From positions 1,904,827 through 1,968,826 of the forward strand of contig BDGG01000006.1 in NCBI GenBank assembly GCA_001949185.1: a stretch of 64,000 bases of DNA, read 5' to 3'. The position numbers and the translations under genes were made by a program. Below the pieces are notes generated by a model that was not told the origin of the DNA, did no database searches, and saw only the letters and a list, made by a program, of their open reading frames with translations. This document shows, piece by piece, positions 49,655 through 62,147 of this stretch. Position 1 is the first letter of the stretch; the number at the start of each line of letters is the position of its first letter. The DNA is from Ramazzottius varieornatus. Lineage: Eukaryota; Animalia; Tardigrada.

Positions 49655-50870
49655 TCATAGTGTGGGCTGGTTTTTGCCGGTGGAGTCCTTCTTCGACTTC
49701 TCCACAACTAAAGGCTTGGCCGCTGCTATCACAGTTTCTTCTGCAGCATTCAAATCAGTCTTACTTATGACATCAACAGGTAGGTTATTTGCATCCTTCA
49801 AGACAGGCGGTGGATGCTCCAGTATGCTGTCGATCAGACCGAAGCCAAGAGCTTCCGCCGGACTAAGGAACCGATCTCTTTCCATCGCGTCGGCTGGGAA
49901 AACAATCCAACCTATCAGTTTCAAGTTCGTTCCGATTCGAAAAGTTCTCTGCGCAGCTTACCTAATTTCTGGTACTCTTGGCCGGTATGTTTCATGTAGA
50001 TATTGATAACCTGCTTTTTAATCTTGACGATTTCCTCAGCGTGGATCATGATGTCGGTTGCTTGCCCCTAAGATCGGGATGAAACATAAGGGGGAAAATA
50101 CGAAGGCCTTTGATGTTGCAAATCTTACGTGGGCGGCACCGGAAGGTTGGTGGATCATGATACGGGCATTCGGAAGGGAGTGCCTCATACCAGGTGCGCC
50201 AGCACACAAGAGAAGGCTTCCCATACTGGAGGCTTGTCCCACGCACCACGTCGCAACAGGACACTGGATGTACTGCATCGTGTCATAGATCCCTAAACCG
50301 GACGTGACGGATCCACCGGGAGAATTTATGTACATGTGAATGGGCTTCCGACTGCTCTCGGACTGGAGAAAGAGGAGCTGGGCTACGACGAGACTTGCGA
50401 TGTCATCATTCACCTGTGGGAAAAATGGGCATCTCACCATTTCAAACCTTGGCCTGCCATATCGAACGCATCCACAGAGTAGCGCATGACGTCATCTGTT
50501 CAAGGGCAAATATGCCACGACATTTATGCGTCATGCACAAAACCGAATGAATAGCTGCTGTAAATTTTTTCGCGATTCAAAGCATGAAATACCTTACCGG
50601 TCCCATCAAACAGATTATCCTTTCTTTCAGTAACCTAGAATAAATATCATAAGCCCGTTCGCCTCTTCCGGTTTGTTCGATGACGATAGGAATGAGTGGA
50701 GCCTGTCGTATGACGGAGGAGTGAATCTGGCGAAGAAACCACGGCCCGGAGGAAATCTACAATAAACGACGCACTATCGTTCGTGGAGGTTCTACTGGGG
50801 TTATTCTGATCTTTCGTGATGATTATTTCGACTGGATACCAACCAGGAGTTTCGATGAAGACGCCAGCAT
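49655..50870 (-). CDS. CLPP: Mitochondrial ATP-dependent Clp protease proteolytic subunit
   Basis: Exons 50870-50844, 50756-50598 (presequence, [29 protein letters not shown]), 50413-50129 ([19 protein letters not shown]), 50067-49962 (GQATDI), 49893-49655 ([12 protein letters not shown]). The Ser-His-Asp triad motifs are intact. Confidence 0.97.
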
Positions 50871-53041
50871 CTTGTCGAGAATATTTCGGAAGCGGTGAGT
50901 CGCAGGTAAACGTGGCACAAGGGATCGATCAATGCAGCAGAGTTGAGAACAAACAGGATGAATCAGCTGAGGCCGGATAGGCTTATCGAGCTCGATCACG
51001 GCTTGCTTTCAGCCACCAAAGTTTCCTGGACAACTGGACAGAAGACTTACGCACCCAATCTCTCCCGGAAGAGGGCAGATGAGGCGAGTGTCTGAATCGT
51101 TCAAACGCAAACAGATGCGAGGAAGAAATTCCGAAGAACGATTCAGTCGATTCTTTCGAACGTTTCCGTTGTGCGAGCAATCAAGAAGTACGTCTGAATC
51201 AACCGGTCGAGCAGACGCTTTCTGCAGATGGCGCGGCAGCCGCACGACATCAGACACTGCAGGTGGCGCTTCGGACTTCCGGTTCGTCGGAGACCTGCGA
51301 CTGGGTTCCTCAAACCTCAGCCGTCTTCGAAAACAGCTTCGGCGACTAGGATAGTAGTATGACGTACTCCTAGTTGATGCGATTTTCAGAAGCCGCATGT
51401 TTTCTCATGTGCTTGAAAACGAAAGGACTAGCCCCTGTATGCGCACGCGTACCTAGTTAACTTAAAGTTTCTTCAGCAACAAGGAACAACGATGGTTGGT
51501 TGTGGATTGCTCAAAATGTCCTTTTGTCATCGCCGCGAAAATGAAGTGTTTCGGTGTTATGAACAGCGTCCATGTAACTCCGTGGAGCCCGATGACTACG
51601 GTGCCGACGTGGTTGACGGGCTTTGCGATCAAATAGCTTTGCTTGCTCTCGGCTGAACGAGCCTTGAGAAGAGAATGAAAGTGCAGCGGCATTTACGTAT
51701 TGATTTTAGAGTAGCGCCTGTCTCGCGCTTTCAGTTCCTTGTCGATCTGCGCTATATGGCGCCGTACACCCACGTCTCGTACGATCGTACGCTGAGGCTA
51801 TAGTACCATCTTCTTTCTTAAGTTACCCTTGACCCATGCGTCTTAGAATCCAGGTTTCGGAAAGGTCAAAAGCTCTCCCACTGTCAGAAAACTGCAGGAA
51901 AATGCGACTGTTTTGGCGAATTTGTTGCTTCCTTCGGAAACAGACCGTCATGAACATACGCACATTGCAAATTTATGTGTTTCAGTGTATACGGCGTAGC
52001 ATGGTGCGGTTGAGTGCATGCAGTAACACAGCTCCTATATGAGTGATGCGATCGGATAATGCGCGCTAGCTCTCTTTTTCTTGCTGGTGCTGGCATTACG
52101 AGTACGAGTACTCGTATCGGTCGTTCGTCTGAGCAAGCTGTCTTTCCATCGCGCTGCCTCGTTCAACAGCAGCTGCGCCCACCAATATGCCGATAGCTGC
52201 AAGAGGAAATAGCAGCCAGGGCACTCGTTACCATTTCCATCAAACTAGCTAGCTAGCCAGCTAGCTGTTCGATAGCTAGCCGAGGCAGCGCACAGTCTTC
52301 ATCAACCAGACAAGCAACCCTTCCACCACGATACGGCAAAGCAGGTCTTGGTCGGTTTCAGCAGAATGATTGAGAATACTGCTGCGAATAGAAAGCACCA
52401 TTATCACATGCATACCAGCTGCACCGTTATAACGTTGAAACGAAAGCACATTGCACATTCGACATAGCTGCATGCACACACACACCAATATTATTTCCAG
52501 GTCATTTTCCATGTACCGCTGGGCTGCGCTGAGAAGAAAGCCTGCAAGGTGGTAGTAATTACTTGCCGTAGACTGTTTGTTATTATAAAATCCGTTTCGA
52601 GACTGATCTTTTTCGGCGGCCACTACCCCGCCTTCTTCTTTCGGTGGTACCATTCATTCTCATACTCTATTTGACTTTGACATGCCAGTGTGGTATGTCT
52701 GTGTACTTTGGGCATAATGATCATCTGTCCCGGTTGATTATCTGCGCTTGATATGGACCAATACGTCGTTGTACTTTTCAATGTTTTGTCTTGGCCGGGC
52801 TTGTGAACCAACCAACTCTCTTCACTTGATGATGGACGTTCGAAACGCCACCAACCGATAAAGAAGACCCTCGAGCTGGACCGTCGTTACACAACCTGGA
52901 AAGCGAAGGCAAACTCGTCATTGGCACCGAATCTACTTTTACTGCCGCGATCGCTCAAACCTGATACGCTGATTACCGCTTCTTTTTCCGTAAACACTCG
53001 ATGGGACGTTTCGAGTAGCACTTGGGAAAATTGCTACCATT

Positions 53042-53215
53042 ATGTACAGTGCACCAGTTGGTTCGAGCTCAAGCAATCAGCCTCAGCACCCACAGGCACA
53101 CTACGCTAACCATAACAGTATGGTACCACCCAACGCGTACTACCCGCCACCACAGAGTCCGCAGCAGCAGCATCAGTCTCCTCAACATGCCGAACAGTAC
53201 AGCCAACCTCAGAAG
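53042..53215 (+). CDS. Possible upstream coding exon of brahma (Q/P/Y-rich)
   Basis: MYSAPVGSSSSNQPQHPQAHY...QPQK ends at an AAG|GTAAAT donor. Its composition matches the brahma N-terminus. An in-frame join needs a weak acceptor at 54264 or 54273. Confidence 0.5.
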
Positions 53216-54296
53216 GTAAATTCCATTCTGGTAAAAGCGTAGTACTCGAAAGGGTTTCCGAGTATTTTTTCTTTGCCCCTTCGATAACACAGTATCGATT
53301 TGGTTCGCTCGGCGAAGTAGACAGAGTTGTGCGCAGCAGTATCGATCCGCTACATCGTCCTCCACTGGTGTTCATGTGAAAATTCAGGATCTGAAATAAG
53401 CGCAGGAAACGCAAAGAGCCTAAAACATGTATGTCATTGTATGACTGGGCGCTCTGCAGAAATACGGTACTCACACTACGTTGGAGCACTGAGAAAACAG
53501 AGTAACAAGATTGGCAAGATTTCGTTATAGGTATCATTCAAAATTCTCTGTTACCTCGGTCGAGCAGGAAATTGGAAAGCAAGAGCTACTACTACGAGTA
53601 CACGCGCCCGGTCTAATCATCAGCCTGGACAAAATTTCCGGCCGGCGGCCGAAAGCGGCAGCCGCAAGCCGAACTGATCAATCAATGAATGTGGTATCGC
53701 TTTCGGCCGCCGGCCGGAAATTTTGTTTAGGCCGGTAATTAGGTCAGGTGCGTGTACAGTAGGCTGTAGCCTGTAGGATCAAAGTGGTAACTGCCACCTC
53801 AGTGTCAAGTTACATGCTCACGGTCGACGGTACCGTGGTACGTCGTATATGGATCAGGATGCGCGCGTAACGTACGAGCACTAGTCTCACTCTCAACTTT
53901 AATTCCATTCTGATGTTGCTAACGGGAAACGAATCAATTGATCTTAATTCTTCTGATTTCTGTATTGGCCATTGATTGGAACAACGTTTTCTGAGGGATT
54001 AATGAACGAGCTTAATGTTTAACCGGAAACTCCACCCAGAACGGTACGTTCTTCTTGTGACAGCCGTACCAAAGTACGGTGCATTTAGCAGGTTTGTTGA
54101 AGCTGTAAAAGCTGCAGTGCAAGGTTGGCCAGCTCAACTTTCTTTACAGTCGTGCTCGTAGATAGCTGCTTTCGTTTCGTTTCAAGACTGTAAGTTAGGC
54201 TGTGTGGCCATGCCTGTAGTCGAGCGATAACAGGCCGTTGTAACAGCTGACTCGTCGCCGTAGCGAAGCCAGCTCGCTGTATGTCCCGTTGCGAGG

Positions 54297-57200
54297 ATGG
54301 ACGAATCTTCCGCGGACCAGCGCGATTTCCGCAGAATGACTCCCATGGAACTATATCCTGTTCTGTTGCAGGCAATCACCCAGATGGAGGAGAAGGGACT
54401 ACGCCACGATCCCCGTTATGGACAAATGGTGAACATGGCCGATCGCGTCAAGTCGCAAATGTATCCGCAACAACCAGCTCAAACAGCGCGATATGCCTAT
54501 CCGCAATCATTCAATCAACCAACGATGCCCTATACAACCTCTCCATCCCCGTCTACTGATTCTCCCCATCAAGGCCAGATGTACCCGAATGCTTACTATG
54601 CTCAAGACGGGGATTCCTCACACTCTTCTGGAACTTATCAGAACTCTTACGAACGGAACCCAGGCGATGGATTCGGGGAAAGCCAAGCCAGGAGGCCCAG
54701 TCCGGGCTTGAACAACGGCATGAGCAATGGAGCTTATGGTGGATATGCACCTCCTGCCCAGTACGCCAGCTTTTCACCTGGACCTATTGGCTCGACCAAC
54801 GGCTATCCGGAATATCCAGGAATGCATAATCCACCGAGTCAGTCGCCAAACTGGCAACAGCAGCAACAACAACAACCGCAACAGCAGAAGATGCAGAATG
54901 GACCGACGGGGTTGACGCCTATACAGAAGCAGATTCTGGAGACGCACGTCGCTGCTTATCGACACTTCGCAAGAAGAGAATTCCTTCCGGAAGCTTTGTA
55001 CAACGCTATCTTGCATAGAAGACCTTTGCAACGCCAGCCTTCGCAAAACTGTGGTATGAATTATCTTAGAAAAACTTTGTATAGAGTTACTCTCAAAGAA
55101 GGTGATTTTCATGGTTGAAGTTTAATGATACGCGTGTGGCGTCACGAACTGTATGCATTTATATGTACTTTAAACACAGTATGGTCATGGGCCGTGACGT
55201 CAAGCGCAATGATTGCATGGCCTGGTGTGAATTTGAATTCTACCCCATCCCAGATATTCTGAACGACTTAAATTAACTTCGCCCTCCTTGTTTTCAGCAC
55301 CAGATGCCCCTTCGCCGTCTCCGAGTCAAGATTCGACGGGGTCTGGAGGCTCCTATGGAGGAACGACGTCGGTATCGCCTTCGTTGCCGACTGTGAACGG
55401 GTATACCACCACTTCCGTCACTCCCGCAGCACCTTCGCCTGTCCCCGTGGCCGATCCTTTGCTGATGCTTCGAGCGGACGTCCTGGCTCAAATGCAACAG
55501 GAGAGGCAGTTTCGGACTTCGCAGATAAAAGTCACAGGAATCGATCCTGGGCAAATTAGTGCCGAACGAGAATATCGGTAAGTCACAGTCAGGCAGTTGC
55601 TTTTTGTTGCCGATATAAAAATCTGAAATATTCCTTTGCGCCTTGTAGAATGAAGTACATCATGGCGGTAAGAAAATTGACTCTGGAAAGAGCTCTGCAA
55701 GGCGAGTTATCGGAGGAGAGTAGGACGAAGCTGATGATCGAGCTGAAAAGCTTGAAACTTCTGATTGTCCAAAAGCAAGTTCGGAATGAGGTAAGAGTCC
55801 TGGCCAAGTTCCACCAAGTTGATCTAGTAATAGAACTTGTTTCTCTTTTAGATCATTGAGACCGTACAGCGGGACACAGCAGCGGAAACTGGGATGAACG
55901 CAAGCCAGTACAAGCGCCTAAAGACGCAAACTCTTCGAGAGTCCCGCGCGACTGAACGTCTGGAGAGACAGAAACAAGCTGAACAGGCCAAGAAAAAGAA
56001 GAAGGAGCGGAAGGTATAAATGGGTAATTTGTCCTCGATGTCATGAGTTAAAATGGTGGGAATTTTTACAGCAATTTCTGGAAGCGGTTCTTGCTCATGC
56101 CCGGGATTTTCGAGACTGCTGTAAAGCCAACCAAGCCAAGACAGTGCGAATAAACAGAGCTGTGATGACCTATCATGCCAACACGGAACGAGAGCAGAAG
56201 AAGGAGCAAGAAAGGATCGAACGGGAACGAATGAAGCGTTTGATGGTGAATAAATCGGTTTTCTGAAAAAGTAGCCGTGACATGGTTCAATCGTTGTGTT
56301 CTGCTGTAGGAAGAAGACGAAGAAGGCTACCGGAAGTTGATCGATCAGAAGAAAGATCGACGCTTGGCGTACCTTCTGAACCAGACGGATGAGTACGTGG
56401 AAAGCCTAACCGATGCCGTCAAGGAACACAAGAAAACGGTGAGGAAAAAGCTTCAGAAAGAGAAGAAAGAACGCAAGAAGAAACAGGAAGAAACCCAACA
56501 GCGAATGTTGGCCGAGCTTCACGATGACAACTCCCAGAACAGCGTCGACGAGTCCTCGCAGTCCAGCGACCAAGTCGTTCATGTCATCGAGGTGTCCAGC
56601 GGGAAGATCCTCAAAGGCGAAGATGCACCCAGAGCTAGTCAGGTCGACGCTTGGCTGGAACAACACCCGGGTTACGAGGTAGAAAATAATTCGTTTGCTA
56701 CTAATTGCGATTTGGGCAGACGAATTTGACCGCAGCGTTTGTCCAGGTGGCGTACGTCTTGGACCGATAACACTAAGAACATGCGTTAATTGGGGAAACA
56801 TTCTTGTCGAGTTTTTTCCCAAGTGGCGCACGCTCTCAGCTAATAGGATCGAAAACGTGCGGCACTTGAAACGTCGTTCTTGTCGAGTCTGATCACCGAG
56901 CTCCCCCTTTTTTATGTTTGTGTGGATATTCGGAGTGGTAACACCAGTAACCGTTTTGAATGGCTTTTCAGGTTGCACCGAGGGATGAAAGTGAGGATAG
57001 TGAGGCTTCCGACGCGGAGGAAGAAGCGAAGAAGCAGCTGGATACACAAGCAGCTGCGAACCAAGTGCAGGAAGTCCTGAAGACCGCCAAGCTGGAGGAC
57101 GACGAGTACACGACAGGGCCTGGTGGAGCCATGAATGAACTCGGGAAACCCGGGTACTACGGCATGGCCCATGCCATCAGGGAGCCGATTACTGCTCAAC

Positions 57201-60200
57201 CGACCATGCTGGTCGGTGGACAATTGAAAGAGTACCAGATCAAGGGGCTCGAATGGCTAGTCTCATTGTACAACAACAGCCTGAATGGAATCCTCGCGGA
57301 CGAAATGGGCCTTGGCAAAACCATCCAGGTTTGTGTTTCACATTCCCACAAGGTCTCTGCTTTCAACGAAGCTGGCCCCTGTATTTCTTTACCTTTCCCA
57401 TGCGAAGATTTCGATTGGAAAATCCACAGTAAGAAAGAGCGGGAGCTTGGGAGTGAATGTGACAAGATCTGTTTTCCAAATGGCGCACTTTCATCGAATA
57501 ATTGGCGAAGAACCCTCGCCACTTGAAAAAATCGATCTCGTCGAGATAGTTTGCACCCCGGTTTGAAATCTGTTAGATGGGAGTTCTGTAGGATCTGTGC
57601 TCACAGTGGAGTTCGTGGCGAAGGGTTTGGTCCCACTGGTTCGAAATTGATTCCGTGGTTTTTCCTTGCAGACGATCAGCTTGATAACCTACCTGATCGA
57701 AGTGAAGCGCAACCCCGGTCCGTTCCTGGTTATCGTCCCTTTATCCACCCTCTCCAACTGGCAGATTGAATTTCAAAAGTGGGCGCCAGGTGTGGTGACC
57801 ATTGCCTATAAGGGTACTCCGCTGGTTCGACGAACCTTCCTCTCCCAGATCCGTGCGGGCAAGCTGAACGTCCTCCTAACCACTTACGAATACATCATGA
57901 AGGACAAAGCCGGCTTGAGCAAGGTCCGCTGGAAGTACATGATCATTGACGAAGGTCATCGCATGAAGAACCACCATTGTAAGCTGACCATGATCCTCAA
58001 CACGTACTACACCTCGCCACATCGACTGCTGCTGACGGGAACACCTCTGCAGAATAAACTGCCGGAACTGTGGGCGCTGCTAAACTTTCTCTTGCCGAGT
58101 ATCTTCAAAAGCGTAGCGACGTTTGAGCAGTGGTTCAATGCCCCCTTCGCCACCACGGGAGAGAAAGTGGAACTGAACGAGGAAGAAACGGTAATATCGT
58201 TTTCCATACAGCAGGACTTTATGGGGCACCATGGATAGAGTAGGCTTCGGTGCTGCTTCATGATTTTTTCGAGCCTATTTGCTCGTGTTTATTCTCATGT
58301 GGTATTTGCAGATCCTGATTATTCGGCGTCTCCATAAAGTCCTGAGACCTTTTCTCCTACGACGTCTGAAGAAGGAAGTGGAGTCGCAGCTGCCCGATAA
58401 GGTGGAATACCTGATCAAGTGCGACATGTCGGGGCTGCAAAAGCTGCTGTACAAGCACATGCAAGCTAAAGGTATCCTCCTGACCGACGGCTCTGAATGC
58501 AAGCAGAAGGGTGGAAACAAAGGCGGAGCCAAGGCCCTGATGAACACGCTGATGCAGCTGAGGAAGATCTGCAACCACCCGTTCATCTTCGAACACATCG
58601 AGGAAGCCTTCCATGACAAGAACGGACAGGTAGGTCTTTTCCGTCCAATTTTTTCCATTTCGCTTCCGGTTGGGCAGGAAAAGCCATGATAAGGTACTGT
58701 TCACTTTCAGGTGTCCAACTCTGTTCTCTACAGAGCATCTGGCAAGTTCGAGCTGCTCGACAGAGTCTTACCCAAGCTCAAAGCGACAAAACATCGGGTT
58801 CTGATCTTCTGCCAGATGACTGCGCTGATGACCGTCATGGAAGAATACTTTCAGTTTAGGGGATACAAGTACTTGAGGCTTGATGGAACGACCAAGGCGG
58901 ATGATCGAGGAAAACTCCTTCAGGACTTTAATCGGTAATTTTGACGGTAGATTGAGAACTCGGTAAACAAATTCCAGAAGATCGCCTATTCAAGTGGCGC
59001 ACGCTGGCAGCCAAACACACAGGAAATGTGCGCCACTTGAACGAACGATCTTGTCAAGGTTGCCTGGCGAGCTGCTGTTTTTCACTCAGAAAATTTCTGA
59101 ACGGTTTTTTGTTTGTTTTTAGGGTCGATTCGGATTACTTCATCTTTATGCTGTCAACGAGGGCCGGTGGTCTGGGTCTGAACCTCCAGACTGCCGACAC
59201 GGTGATCATTTTCGACTCCGACTGGAATCCTCACCAAGACATGCAGGCTCAGGATCGTGCGCATCGTATCGGCCAGAAAAATGAGGTGCGAGTGCTGCGT
59301 CTGATGACGGTCAACTCGGTGGAAGAACGTATCAATGCCGCCGCCAAGTACAAGTTGAACTTGGACGAGAAGATTATCCAAGCCGGCATGTTCGACCAGA
59401 AGTCTACGTTGACGGAACGGCAGCAGTTCCTTCGAGCCGTCATGACTTCGGAAACCGATGGTAAGTATATTTCATCAATAAAATATCGTGGCTGTATGAA
59501 AGAACCGTAGAGAAAACGTTAAGAGTCTAAAAAGTGAAAAAGGGAAGTGGAAAGAGAAGTGGAAAGGGAAAGGATTGATTAATGAGCTAAAAATGGTGCA
59601 TGTGGTGTATCGAACACAGGTTGAGTAAGCGAAGCCAGTCAAGTATGCGTCAGCAGTTTTTGCGACTTAGACGACCTCGGTTCGATTCCTTCGAAAGTGT
59701 GCTTATTACGTAATTTTAGTTTCGCTCTTATCTATTTATTTCGACGTCCTTTCAAGTAGGCCACAGTTACATAGCGCGTTTTCTACCAAATGAAAGCGGA
59801 GACCGTATGATTTTGATGTTATTTAGGTGAGGAAACTGAAGAGAAGGAAATTCCAGACGATGAGACAATCAACCAGATGCTTGCCAGAAGCGAGGAAGAG
59901 TTCGAGATGTTTCAACGAATGGATCAGACTCGCATCTACGAGGAAAGTCGTAGGTCGGACGAAGATCGGAAGCCCCGCCTGATGGAGCCGGAAGAAGTGC
60001 CGAGTTGGTTGCGCAAAGATGACAAGGAGATCGACCGTCTGACTGCCGACCCGGACGACGACAAGATCTTCGGACGGGGTAGTCGACAGCGAAAGGACCT
60101 GAATTACTCGGAGGACCTCATGGAAAAGGAAATGCTGGCAGCTTTAGAGGAGGAAGAAGAAGAGGAGGGAAGTAGGGAAGGGCAGGAGAAGGAAATCAAG

Positions 60201-61180
60201 AAGGACGGACGAGGAAGGAAGAGGAAAGCCAAGAGCTATGAGGAGGACAGTGATGATGAGACCGAGTCGCTATCGATCTCCTCCAGAAGTAAGAGAAGAA
60301 CTGCAGGTACGATACAATTAATGGGGGAAAAATAACATCAATACAAATCGGTTATCCCATTTCCGCGGTTCTCGTTGATTTGTGCTTTTTGGTTTCCTTT
60401 GTTCTGGACTAATATCATGCGATGCTCAGTACCCCTTTTTCGCCGCTTTTTCTACGATCATTCTTGCCTGTAGGCGAAGTTCGGAATGTTGTTTGATGGT
60501 GCGAACAGGTTTCGATTTCGACTTATCGTCTACGATTACGTGTGTTTGTTTGTGATGTTTTGTTTTTGTTTTGAATTTTATTCTTTTACGTCTGTTCGTT
60601 GTTTTCTTGCTTTTTTTCCGGTTTATTTTGTTATTTATGTTGTATGATTATGTTGTTATCTACCTAACGAAGGTTCTCTGGTTTTTCAGGTCGGCCAAGT
60701 AACGCCGCAAAGTCCGCGATGCTGGCCAAGAACCGCGAAGACTTTCAAAAGATCCACGACATTCTCGTCAGCTATCAAGAGGCCGACGGTCGCGTCATTT
60801 CCGGTCCCTTCGTCAAACTGCCCACCCGCAAAGAACTGCCCGACTATTACCAAGTCATCACCAAGCCCATGGACCTCTGGCGCATCGAGAAAAACATTCA
60901 CGAGGACAGGTACAAGAACATGGAAGCTTTCGAGAACGACGTCAAGCTGATGTGCGCCAACGCCCAGGAGTACAACATGGAAGGCTCCATGATCTACCAA
61001 GACAGCGAAGTCCTGAGCATGGTCTTCAAAGAGTGCAAGCGCCAGCTGGCCAATGGCGAGAAGGACATCTTTATCGAACCCGGACAGTTCACTATGGGCC
61101 CACCGACATACGTGCCTCCGCCGGACGAGGATGGGGACGATGAAGAAGGCACGAGTGACGAAGACGACGATAGCAGTTAA
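54297..61180 (+). CDS. brm: SWI/SNF ATPase brahma (SMARCA2/SMARCA4 orthologue)
   Basis: Exons 54297-55053, 55298-55577, 55649-55790, 55852-56013, 56072-56245, 56310-56678, 56972-57328, 57672-58190, 58312-58629, 58711-58934, 59123-59460, 59827-60306, 60690-61180. Domains in order: QLQ-like, HSA, BRK, SNF2 ATPase ([23 protein letters not shown]), HELICc ([23 protein letters not shown]), SnAC, bromodomain (ELPDYYQVI...AQEYN). Confidence 0.97.
56735..56890. repeat. Two tandem copies (76-bp spacing) of the 49-bp palindromic element in brahma intron 56679-56971
   Basis: Cores at 56744-56792 and 56820-56868, each followed by TTCTTGTCGAGT. Confidence 0.8.
57461..57545. repeat. 49-bp palindromic element with extended arms in brahma intron 57329-57671
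   Basis: GACAAGATCtgttttcCAAATGGCGCA...TCGCCACTTGaaaaaatcGATCTCGTC; core at 57477-57525. Confidence 0.8.
58977..59058. repeat. 49-bp palindromic element in brahma intron 58935-59122
   Basis: Perfect 14-bp arms TTCAAGTGGCGCAC (58989-59002) and GTGCGCCACTTGAA (59028-59041). Flanks AAGATCG and CGATCTTGTC. Confidence 0.85.
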
Positions 61181-61804
61181 ACAGTAGTTGTCTTCAACTT
61201 TTTGCAGTGCGATGGCAGCGTTCTATTAACTTCACCCATACAAGTAATCGTTCTTGACACCCGGCCACCGTTTTATTTTGTTAGAAGGAAGTTTGATATG
61301 ATGTACACCGAAGGATGGATGGTTGATACGTGAGCTTTTTCCATGGTGGACATGAGATTTTTATGATGGAAGGCTTTGATCGTTATTGTTTTAAATTGCT
61401 ATTTATCGCACACCGCTTAATTTTACCGCAATGTTATAACATAGCACAACAATTTACTGGCTATTGGAACCAACCATGATAAACACCGATTTCACGTCTT
61501 CGGGGAAGCAGCGACGTATTTCGTGACTGGCAGATTTCTTCTGTCCGCCGCTTAAAACAGCAGCAGCGGTAGACGCTAGCTTTGTGCAGCTGCTGTATTA
61601 GGAAGTTCCGGTTCGATGACTTGGTAATTAAAGTAGCGGTTTGGTAGCAATGAGACTATTCAAGCTGCTTCCGGGTGATGTTTACTTTCGCTTCTCGGAA
61701 CGCGGAAGCTTCTTGCGAGCTTACATAACAGTGTAGGTACAGTAAGTGACAATTATTGGTTATTAGTCTTTTGTCAACGAGAAAACAGCAAGAATAATAC
61801 GGGT

Positions 61805-62147
61805 TTATCCGAATCCAAATCCTCCAAGTCCTCCAAATCCGCCAAATCCGCCAAATCCTCCCAAACCGTATCCTAAACCAAAGCCTCCCAGTCCAGGACC
61901 GAATCCGCCCCATCCTCCCCAACCGCCGAGTCCGTAGCCTGGAAATCCACCATAAAATCCACCGTTTCCTCCCCATCCTCCCCATCCTCTGCGCCGCCAG
62001 GCATCAGTACCCCCTACAAAACCAAATGAACGAACAACTGTCATATGCCGCATAACTGAGTTGTTGAGACAAGGGACAGAGAAGAAACTTGCTAATACCT
62101 ATTACGAGGAGGGCGACCAACAGGCAAAGAAGAGATAGCCGCGACAT
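61805..62147 (-). CDS. Small secreted Gly/Phe/Trp-rich peptide 1 (85 aa)
   Basis: Exons 62147-62099 and 62013-61805 give MSRLSLLCLLVALLVIGGTDA|WRRRGWGGWGGNGGFYGGFPGYGLGGWGGWGGFGPGLGGFGLGYGLGGFGGFGGFGGLGGFGFG*. Phase-1 intron inside the signal peptide. Confidence 0.88.

Noticed and set aside
50983-52811. ORFs and CTAG/GTAC-rich short repeats between CLPP and brahma
   Set aside because: No homology cues. Most simply the divergent promoter and 5' UTR region, and no specific site can be supported.
61656-61985. Arg/Trp-rich ORF (MGRMGRKRW...) and ORF 63642-63842
   Set aside because: Alternative frames of the Gly-rich peptide exons. The Gly-rich frame is the one joined to the signal-peptide exon by splicing.
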